64,000 nt of DNA from an uncultured Veillonellaceae bacterium. GTDB taxonomy: Bacteria; Bacillota; Negativicutes; JARBTT01. Positions within the stretch are counted from its first letter, which is position 1. Each line of letters begins with the position of its first letter. Shown piece by piece: positions 50,901 through 61,000 of this stretch. The translations under genes and the position numbers were made by a program. The DNA is taken from assembly GCA_963805085.1 (NCBI GenBank), contig CAWDTA010000002.1, positions 1,024,001-1,088,000 on the forward strand. Reading direction: 5' to 3'. Below the pieces are notes generated by a model that worked only from the letters and a program-made list of their open reading frames with translations, was not told the DNA's origin and made no database searches.

Positions 50901-51998
50901 CAAAGCATTGATCTTAAACATGGGCCATTGATTAAGTTAGGACTATTTAAAACTAATATTGGAGATCATCTCTTGATTGTTATTCATCATTTAGTCATTG
51001 ACGGAGTATCTTGGAGAATTATCCTTCAGGATTTATTTAGCGGATATAGCCAGACCCTAAATAATGAAGAAATACGATTTGCAGATAAGACCAATTCTTT
51101 TAAAGATTGGATCAATGCATTAGCTGTTTATGCCAACAGTCGGGAATTATTAAACGAAATCGAATACTGGCAAAAAGTTGAGATGACGGATATAAAGTCA
51201 TTGCCCCAAGATAAGGTCATTAAGGAAAGAAGAAGTGGCGAAAATAATCATATTCAATGCAAGTTAACTAAAGAAGAGACAGAAAAGTTGCTAAAACAAG
51301 TGAATTCAGCTTATAACACTGAAGTAAATGATATTTTGCTTACTGCATTGGCTCTTACGATCACAGAATGGACAGGAGAAGGTAGTGTATTAGTCAATCT
51401 GGAGGGACACGGCAGAGAAGAAATCATAAAGGAATTTGACATTTCAAGGACGGTGGGATGGTTTACTTCCCTATATCCGATAGTTTTGAATATGAGTGGT
51501 GAGCAGGATCTTGCGTATAAGATAAAGTCAGTAAAAGAAAGTATGCGTCAAATCCCCAATAAAGGGATTGGTTATGGGATTCTTAAATACATGACCTCAT
51601 CTGAAAATAAGGGAGTTCTACGGTGTAATTTGAAGCCGGAAATCAATTTCAATTATCTTGGACAATTTGATGGTGATGTGAATACTCAGCTGTTCACTGT
51701 GTCGGATATTGCAGCAGGAAAATCAATATCTCCCAATATGGAAGATCTATATAAGTTAGATATAAACGGTATAGTTACCAAGGGGCGGTTAACTTTAAAC
51801 TTCATGTATCATAAAGGTGAGTATGAAAATAGCACCATAACAACACTTGCTGAGCATTTCAGGAAAAATTTGCTTGATGTTATTGATCATTGTGTAGCCA
51901 TTGATGTAACAGAAATGACACCGAGTGATTTTACGCTAAAAGATATTACGATTGAAGGGCTTGAGGATCTTGAAGATGCCTTTAGTGATATTGAATAA
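47997..51998 (+). CDS. NRPS: partial C-A(Ser)-T-E (D-Ser module)
   Basis: N-terminal half-C lacking HHxxxDG; A code DVWHFSLVDK; GGDSI carrier; E motifs HHLVIDGVSW, EGHGRE, RTVGWFT, FNYLGQ; COM motif TPSDF; RBS GGAGGT supports ATG 47997. Confidence 0.93.
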   Translation: MLIDKHSQNIIVSSGEYEEERKYWLEKLDGGINLNGFPVNNEQSSGYTKASFKCTIPNETFKRIVHLSNHSEYAVYMIMLSGIRYLLYRYTDNKDLLVGMPVFKQDIDEVYLSNVLLNNILPIRSSLDVMKSFSNFLGEIKNLVIEADHYQNYPLHKIYEQLNLCTEDEEDLAYKTIVLMENIHEKDIIEAFKFDTVFSFLLTEKAIEVTVDYNAKLYTEKMMKQVIQYLFHYFREVTQNPHSILSEIEILSETEKSNILINFNNTEAVYPKEKTIRQVFEEQVGKNPDHIAVVFEDQQLTYGELNSKANSLARVLRNEGVQADSIVGIMVERSLEMIIGIMGILKAGGAYLPISPDYPEDRINYMLEDSETRILLTQSRFVNKLSFNGQLVNVDDKSLYLGDGSNLLLENNSHDLAYVIYTSGSTGKPKGVMIENYSVINRIHWMQDKYRLEARDVILQKTPFTFDVSVWEIVWWFFVGASVCMLRPGGEKEPEEIVRSIEKNKITTMHFVPSMLTVFLHYIENCSHSIKMDSLKHVFASGEALNPEHANRFNKLLSGQATKLINLYGPTEATVDVSYFDCSTDQILKSVPIGKPIDNIQLYIVNQNNKLQPVGVAGELCIAGDGLARGYLNKPELTAEKFVENPFVPGGKMYRTGDLAQWRIDGNIEFLGRLDHQVKIRGFRIELGEIETELLKYPSVKETVVVAKEDQAGDKYLCAYIVTEEELTITELRDHLFRNLPDYMIPSYFVQLEKMPLSPNGKVDRKALPEPNGNIRTGVEYAAPRNDIEESVVKVWQEVLKVEKVSIKDNFFSLGGDSIKAIQILSQLRQYGLNLEMRDLFQYPTIEALSSYITVIKRKIDQGIVKGEAGLAPMQSWLFEQSFMDKQHFNQAVMLYGKNGFEEWIIRKVFSKLVERHDALRMVVKNMSGKEGLFNRGIEDELYSLETIDLSNNSKYRELIKEKAEEIQQSIDLKHGPLIKLGLFKTNIGDHLLIVIHHLVIDGVSWRIILQDLFSGYSQTLNNEEIRFADKTNSFKDWINALAVYANSRELLNEIEYWQKVEMTDIKSLPQDKVIKERRSGENNHIQCKLTKEETEKLLKQVNSAYNTEVNDILLTALALTITEWTGEGSVLVNLEGHGREEIIKEFDISRTVGWFTSLYPIVLNMSGEQDLAYKIKSVKESMRQIPNKGIGYGILKYMTSSENKGVLRCNLKPEINFNYLGQFDGDVNTQLFTVSDIAAGKSISPNMEDLYKLDINGIVTKGRLTLNFMYHKGEYENSTITTLAEHFRKNLLDVIDHCVAIDVTEMTPSDFTLKDITIEGLEDLEDAFSDIE

Positions 51999-52040
51999 AA
52001 ATTGAAGTGAATATATCAAGTCGATTGGGAGGAGATTTAT

Positions 52041-55000
52041 ATGAGTAATGTAAAGAAAAAAGATAATAAAAAAATAAAAGACATATACTTGTTATCTCCT
52101 ATGCAGGAAGGCATGTTGTATCATTCGTTGCTGTATAGTGAGTCCAATGCGTATTTTGAACAGAGTTTTTTATCAATAGAAGGAAGTCTAGATGTAAAGT
52201 TTCTTGAAGAAAGTTTGAATATGTTAATTGAAAGATATGATATATTGCGAACTGTTTTTGTTTATGAAAATGTCGAAAGACCGGTCCAAGTTGTGATGAA
52301 AGCACGTAAGGGGCATATTCATTTTGAGGATATCACCAATTTTTCAGATCTGGAAAAGAAAGCATTTATTGAAAAATTTAAAATGGACGACAGGCAGAAG
52401 GGATTTGATTTAAGAAAAGACCTCCCTATGCGGATTAGTGTTGTTAGAACGGGAAATGAATCATACAAGTTGGTATGGAGTTTTCATCATATCATTATGG
52501 ATGGATGGTGCATGGGAATAATCCGTAAGGAATTTTTGGCGATTTATCACTCTTTAAAAGAAAATAGACAGCCGAATTTGGGACCAGTATATCCCTATAG
52601 TGATTACATTAAATGGCTTACCAAGCAGAGCAGGGAAGAGGCTGCATTGTACTGGGAAAGGTATCTAAAAGAGTATGAAGAACTCGTAGGGCTTCCTCAG
52701 AATCGGGACATAGTAATGGACGGGAAATATGAATTAGCAGAAGTGGTTTTTCAGATAAATGAAAATACAAGAATAGGTTTAGAAAATATAGTAAAGAAAA
52801 ATAATGTAACCCTAAGTACCATTGTTCAATCGGCATGGGGAATTCTATTGCAGAGATATAACAATACTGAGGATGTTGTATTCGGTGCAGTTGTATCAGG
52901 TAGACCACACGAGATAAAGGGTATTGAGAACATGGTCGGATTATTCATCAATACTCTGCCTGTTAGGATAAAATGCGGTGGGGATGAATCCTTTACGGAA
53001 TTAGTAGATAAGGTACAGCAATTTGCAGTAGAGTCTGAACGGTACAGCTATTGTCCTTTGGCCGAAATACAGTCAAATACAGGATTGAAAAGTAGCTTAG
53101 TTGATCACATCGTCGTTTTTGAAAACTATCCTATTGAAGAAGGTTTGGGGGCTAATGAAATTGGTTTTGCTGTAGGCGATAGTGAGGCCTATGAACAGAC
53201 AAATTATAACTTTAACATGATCGTCATTCTTGGAAAAGAATTAACTGTTAAGTTTAATTATAATGCATTGGTATATGATCAAATTTTTATAAAGAGAATA
53301 CAAGGACACTTTCAAGCGGTTATCAATAGCATAATTAAAAATCCTAATATTTTGGTAAAAGATATAGACATACTCACAGAAAAAGAAAGACAAGAGCTTT
53401 TATCTTTCAACAATACGCAAGTGGAATATCCCAAATATAAAAGGATTAATGAGTTATTTGAAGAACAAGTCGAAAAAAATCCAGATTCTATCGCTGTCAA
53501 ATTTGAAGAAAAAAAACTTACCTATAAAGTATTGAACAATAAAGCTAACCAATTGGCAAGATTGCTCTGTAAAAAGGGTGTAAAAAGAGATGGTATTGTA
53601 GGCATCATGGCGGAGCGCTCGCCGGAAATGATTATTGGAATTATGGCAATCTTGAAGGCTGGAGGGGCTTATCTGCCTATTGATCCAGAGTACCCTGAGG
53701 ATAGAATCAGTTATATGCTAGCAGATAGTGGGGCAGAGATATTATTAACACAGCAGCACTTAATTAGTCAAGAATATTCCGATAAAGAAATACTTAGTTT
53801 AGATGACCCCAAATTGTATTACGGAGATAACTCTAATTTATTCATTGAGCATAATGCACGGGATTTAGCGTATGTGATTTATACCTCAGGTTCGTCTGGT
53901 AAACCTAAAGGGGTTGAAATTGAGCATACTAGTCTTGTGAATCTTGTAGCTTGGCACCAGCGTGTATATAACATTACTTATATGGACAGAGCATCTCAAT
54001 TGGCAGGGCAGGCTTTTGACGCTTCGGTTTGGGAGATCTGGCCCTATTTGACCGCTGGAGCACAGTTATGCATACCTAGTAATGAAACCAGAGCATCGAC
54101 AACAGGTTTAATTCAGTGGCTTAAGGACAATTTGATTACGATAAGCTTTATGCCAACGCCTATGGCCGAAGCATTACTTGCTGAGGAGTGGCCCGGGGAC
54201 TTCCGGCTTAGAGCATTATTAACAGGTGGTGACAAGTTGCACCGCAGACCTTCAAAAGAGCTTCCATTTACCTTAGTTAATCATTACGGGCCAACAGAGA
54301 ATACGGTCGTTACAACTTGCGCTTCTGTCAGCTCGGCTGAGCCCAAAGATATTTTGCCTTCCATTGGTCGTCCTATTGATAATACACAAATTTATATCGT
54401 GGACAAAAACAATAATTTGCAGCCTGTTGGTATAGCTGGAGAACTTTGCATATACGGTGATGGTTTAGCAAAAGGATATTTAAACAGACCGGAATTGACA
54501 GCTGAGAAGTTTGTAGCAAATCCATTCGTACCTGGCAAGCGAATGTATCGGTCAGGTGACCTTGCTAGATGGCTACCTGACGGCAATATTGAATTTTTAG
54601 GTAGAATCGATTATCAAGTCAAGATTCGGGGCTTTCGGATTGAATTAGGTGAAATCGAAGCTGAATTAATAAACTACCCGTCAATGAAAGAAGCGGTAGT
54701 GATTGATAAAGAGGATACAAACGGGCAGAAGTATTTATGTGCTTTTATTGTGGCTGAACAGGAACTCAATACTAAGGAACTCAGAGCATATTTAAGTCAC
54801 ACGTTACCTGCATATATGGTGCCGTCAATCTTTATTCAGCTTGAAAAGCTGCCATTAACACCCAATGGTAAAATTGATAAGAAAGGGCTGCCTGAACCGG
54901 AGGGCAGAATTAGCATTGGAACGGAATACGTAGCACCAAGGAATGAAAGGGAAGAAAAGCTGGCACAAATTTGGCAGAATGTATTAGGTGTAGAAAAGGT

Positions 55001-58000
55001 CGGAATTGAAGATAATTTTTTTGAATTGGGTGGACATTCGTTAAAAGCAATAAGCCTTGTAGCCAAAGTACACAAAGAATTTGGGGCAGAAATATCCTTA
55101 CAGCAAATATTTAAAAACCAAACAGTCAAAGAACTAATTAAAACCATTGATGGTGTGACAGAAAATAACTATGCGGCGATTGAATCAATCGTTGAGCAAG
55201 AGTATTATCCGGTATCTTCCGCGCAAAAGAGAATGTTCATTTTGAATCAATTGGAAGCTAATAGTACCGCTTATAATATGTCTGTTGCATTTAAGGTCGA
55301 AGGCATTTTAAACAAGCAGCGCTTTGAAGAGGTGTGGGAAAAATTAATCAAAAGACACGAAGCATTACGGACTGCATTTGAATTAATTAACGAAGAGCCA
55401 GTACAAAGAGTATACAAAGAAGTTTCCTTTAACATTGAATGTTCTTGCGGAAAAAAAGAGGAAATCAAAGATATTTTCCAAAATTTTGTGCGTCCATTTG
55501 ATTTAAGCAAAGCTCCACTATTAAGAGTAGGCTTGATTGAATTGGCTGAAGATAGCCACGTGGTGTTATTTGATATGCACCATATTATCTCTGATGGCGT
55601 ATCTATGGGAATCTTGGCAAAAGAGTTGGCAAGTTTGTATGAAGGAGCGGAATTGCCGGAATTACAAATTCAATACAAAGATTTTTCGGCTTGGCAAAAA
55701 AAATTGCTGACAAGTGAAAACTTTAAACAACAGGAAGCTTATTGGTTACAGACTTTAGGTGGAGAACTTCCGGTACTCAATATGCCAACCGATTATCCAA
55801 GGCCATCGGTCAAAGGGTTTGAGGGAGACTTGCTAAAGTTTAGTCTAGACGAAGAACTGACGAGAAATTTAAATAAGCTTGCGATGGAAACTGGTACGAC
55901 TTTATATATGGTACTGATGGCAGCCTATAATATTTTATTATCAAAATATACGGCGCAGGAGGATATCATCATAGGTACACCAATTACAGGCAGACATCAT
56001 GCGAATTTAGATAATATTATCGGCATGTTTGTTAATACACTGGTGATGCGAAATTTTCCAGAAGGGAACAAAATTTTTCTGGAATTTTTGCGAGAGGTCA
56101 AAGAAAATGCGCTACAGGGCTTTGAACATCAGGACTACCAATTCGAAGAATTGGTGGATAAGTTGGATGTACCAAGAGATTTGAGTAGAAATCCATTGTT
56201 TGATATGATGTTTTCTTTGCAGAATATGGATATTGCAGCGTTAGAATTTAATGGTTTAAAACTATTTCCTTATGAATTTACGAACAAGGCTGCAAAATTT
56301 GATCTAAGCTTAGAGGTAGTGGAAGCAAACAAATGTTTAGAGTTTACACTGCAATACTATACAAAACTATTTAAGAGAGAATCGATTGAACGATTGTGCA
56401 GGCATTTTGTTAACATTCTGAAAAGTATTGTGATTCAGCCGCAAATCAAAATTGCAGACATCGAATTTTTATCAGAAAATGAGAAAAATCAAATACTTTA
56501 TGATTTTAATAATACAGAAGCTGCCTATCCGATAGATCAAACAATACCAAGAATGTTTGAGGCGCAAGTTGAAAAAATACCGAATCATATCGCTGTAACT
56601 TTTGCAGAGCAGCATCTAACTTATGAAGAGCTAAACAACAAAGCAAACCAATTAGCAAGGGTATTAAGAAATAAGGGAGTACGACCAAATAGTATCGTCG
56701 GAATTATGGTAGAGCGTTCACTGGAAATGATGATCGGAATTATGGGAATATTAAAAGCTGGAGGGGCTTATTTGCCCATTGATCCGAAATATCCGCTAGA
56801 CAGAATCTGCTATATGCTGAAGGATAGTGGAGCAAGCATTGTATTAACTCAGGAACATTTGTTGCATATAGCACCGTTTAAAGGAGAAACAATTCAGTTA
56901 GACCATCAAGGGTTATACTCAGGAGATTCTTCTAATTTGATACCTGTAAGCACTCTACGAGGCTTAGCTTATGTGATATACACATCAGGTACGACCGGAC
57001 ATCCTAAAGGCGTTATGATTGAACAGCGCAATGTTATAAATCTGGTTTATGACTTGCGAGATCGAGTATATGGGAAATATGCATCTAGTCTAAATGTAGC
57101 ATTACTATCGCCATATGTTTTTGATGCCTCAATTAAGCAGATTTTTCCGGCTCTTTTATTGGGACATAATTTGTGCATTGTACCAGAAAATATACGATTT
57201 GAACGGGCGGGATTACTTGATTTTTATCGTAAAAACAACATTGACATTTCTGACGGAACACCTGCACATCTTAGCGTATTTAATTCCATTTCCAAGAGTA
57301 ATGAATACTTAGGTGTCAAAGAATTTCTGATAGGCGGAGAAGCCCTCTCTTACTCAGTTGTGCAAGAATTTCGTAATCATTTTAATAAATCAAATATTAA
57401 GATTACAAATGTTTATGGGCCAACAGAGTGCTGTGACATTGCCACGACTCATGAAGTAGATTGTGATGAAAATCATTTAAGTGATATTGCTCTCCTTGGA
57501 AAACCAATTTCCAACGTAAAAATCTATATATTGGGGAAAAATTTCATGATTCTTCCCGTTAATAATATAGGAGAGGTGTATATTTGCGGACAAGGAGTTG
57601 GCAGAGGCTATCTAAACAATCCTGAATTGACAGCAGAAAAGTTTATGGATAATCCTTTCATGCAGGGAGAGAGGATGTATAGAACAGGAGATTTAGCTAG
57701 ATGGCTACCTGATGGAACCATAGAATTCTTTGGTAGAATAGATCACCAAGTGAAAATTCGGGGATTTAGAATCGAAGTAGGCGAGATTGAAGCCGAACTT
57801 TTAAGACATCAGTCTATAAAAGAAACAGTTGTGATTGACAAGGAAGGCATAAACGGAGACAAGTATTTATGTGCCTATTTTGTAGCTAAGCAGGAACTAA
57901 CTATAGCAGAATTGAGAAAATTTCTTTCAAAAAAAATTCCTGATTACATGATTCCGTCAGCTTTTGTACAGCTTACTAAGATGCCATTAACGCCAAATGG

Positions 58001-61000
58001 GAAAATTGATAGAAAAGTATTGCCAGAGCCTGAGGGGCGGATCAATACCGGAACGAAATATGTAGCTCCAAGAACCCAAGAGGAAGAAAAGTTAGTGGAA
58101 ATTTGGCAGACTGTTTTAGGGACGGAGAAGGTTGGTATTGAAGATAATTTCTTTGAATTGGGTGGTCATTCTTTAAAAGCAATTACTCTTGTTGGCAAGA
58201 TACATAAGGAGTTTGGAGCAGAAATATCGCTGCAAGAAGTATTTAAAGCGCAAACAATTAAGGAAATGATCAAAACCATAGAAGATGTTGGGGAAAGTGA
58301 TTATGCGACAATTGAACCAGTAGCTACACAAGAATACTATCCAGTTTCTTCGGCGCAAAAGAGAATGTTTATCTTGAATCAATTTGAATCTGAAAATATA
58401 ACTTATAATATGCCCGCTGTATTTATAGTAGAAGGAACTTTAGATAAAGAACGATTGGAAAATGGATTCAAGAAACTTATTCAGCGGCACGAAACATTAC
58501 GAACCTCCTTTGAAGTTGTTAATAGAGAACCAGTACAAAGGGTACACAAAAAAATTGAATTTACCATCGACAGTATGCAAAGGGGTAAAGAAGATATAAA
58601 GGAAATCATAAAAGCTTTTGTGCGTCCCTTTGATCTAGGCAAAGCAACATTACTTAGAGTGGGGCTAGTCGAACTAAATAAAGATAAACATATTCTGCTA
58701 TTTGATATGCACCATATTATCTCTGATGGTGTATCTATGGGGATTTTAGTCAAAGAACTGATAGGTTTATACCAAGGGCACGAACTGCCGAAACTACGGA
58801 TTCAATATAAAGATTTTTCGGCTTGGCAGAACGACTTGTTTCAAAGCAAAGCGTTAAAGAAACAAGAAGCGCATTGGCTAAAAATCTTTGCAGGAGAAAT
58901 TCCTGTACTAAATATGCCAAGTGATTATCCACGTCCAATCGTTAGAAGTTTTGAGGGAGACCGGTTCAACGTTTCTATAGAAGAAGAATTGACGGAAGCG
59001 TTAAACAAACTTGCTATGCAAACTGGTACGACCTTATATATGGTGCTATTGGCGGCGTATAATGTTTTGCTATCCAAATATACTGGTCAGCAAGATATTA
59101 TTGTAGGATCACCAATTACAGGCAGAGCGCATGATGACTTAGAGAATATGGTGGGTATGTTTGTCAATACATTGGCAATGCGGAACAACCCGGTGGAAAA
59201 CAAAAGTTTCCTAGATTTCTTACAAGAGGTTAAGGATAATGCATTGGATGCCTATGAGTATCAGGACTACCAATTTGAAGAATTGGTGGACAAGTTGAAC
59301 ATAGAAAGAAATTTGAGTAGAAATCCGTTGTTTGATACCATGTTTGTTGTCCAAAATACGAATACAACAACGTTAGAAATTAATAATTTAAGATTTTCAC
59401 CTTGTGAATTTGAGCATAAAGTAGCCAAATTTGATTTAACCGTGGAAGCGATTGAAATAAACAACCGTTTAGAATTAATTTTGGAGTATTATACTAAGCT
59501 GTTTAAGAAAGAAACGATTGAACGGTTCGGAAGGCATTTTGTCAACCTTTTAAAAAGTATTACAATGCAACCGCAATGCAAATTGGGAGATCTTGAATTT
59601 GTATCAGTGGAAGAAAAACGCCAAATTCTCGTTGACTTTAACAATACGAAAAGAGCTTATCCAAAGGATAAAACTATCCAGAAACTCTTTGAGGAACAGG
59701 TGGAAAAGAATCCAGATCATATTGCTGTAATTTTCGAAGAAAAGCGGCTGACTTATCGAGAATTGAACAATAAAGCCAACCAACTAGCAAGAACCTTAAG
59801 GAAGAAGGGCGTAAAAGCTAACAGTATAGTTGGGATTATGGTGGAACGTTCGCCGAAAATGATCATAGGAATCATGGGGATTTTGAAAGCTGGAGGGGCA
59901 TACCTGCCCATTGATCCGGAATATCCAGCAGAAAGAACTAACTACATGTTAGAAGATAGTGAAACAAGAATTTTAGTGACGCAACAAAAACTAATTGAGT
60001 CAATAACCTTTAATGGAGAAATTGTCGACATTGATGATTTTGAATTATACGAAGAAGATACTAGAAACTTAGTAGCAGTAAATACCTCGCAGGATCTAGC
60101 ATATGTGATTTATACCTCAGGGTCGACGGGAAAGCCTAAAGGAGTTTTGACCATGCATTATAATGTAGTTCGGGTTGCCAAAAACACGAATTACATTGAA
60201 ATCACTAGAAATGATGTATTGCTACAGTTATCCAATTACGCTTTTGACGGTTCAGTTTTTGATATCTATGGAGCATTGCTAAACGGAGCGAAACTTGTGC
60301 TGGTTGATAAGGAAAATGTAGTAGATATGAACAGATTGAGTAAGGTAATCGACCAAGAAAAAGTAACAGTTTTCTTTATTACCACGGCCTTGTTTAATAC
60401 GCTGGTGGACGTAAATATTGAATGTCTAAAAAACATAAGAAAAGTGTTGATTGGTGGAGAGCAGAGTTCGGTAAGGCATGTACGCAAGGCTTACGAATAT
60501 ATGGGAAGTGGCAGGATAGTAAACGCTTATGGACCGACAGAAACAACAGTTTTTGCAACCTACTATGAAGTAAATCATATAGAAGAGGGTCAATTGACTA
60601 TACCGATAGGAAAACCGATAGCGAATACTCGTATCTATGTACTAGACAAGGGCGGAAAACTACAGCCTATCGGTGCTCCGGGGGAAGTATATATTTCTGG
60701 TGATGGTTTGGCTAGGGGATATTTAAATAGACCTGAACTAACAGATGAGAAGTTTGTAGAAGATCCATTTGCGTTAGGTGAGCGAATGTATCGGACAGGC
60801 GACCTTGCTAAATGGTTACCGGATGGCAATATAGAATTCTTAGGACGAATTGATCATCAAGTGAAGATAAGAGGATTTCGGATTGAATTGGGTGAAATTG
60901 AAGCCGAGTTGTTAAAACATCCAGTTATAAAAGAAGTATTAGTGCTTGCTAAAAATGATGTAAGTGGCAATAGGTATTTATGTGCATACCTTATAGGTGA

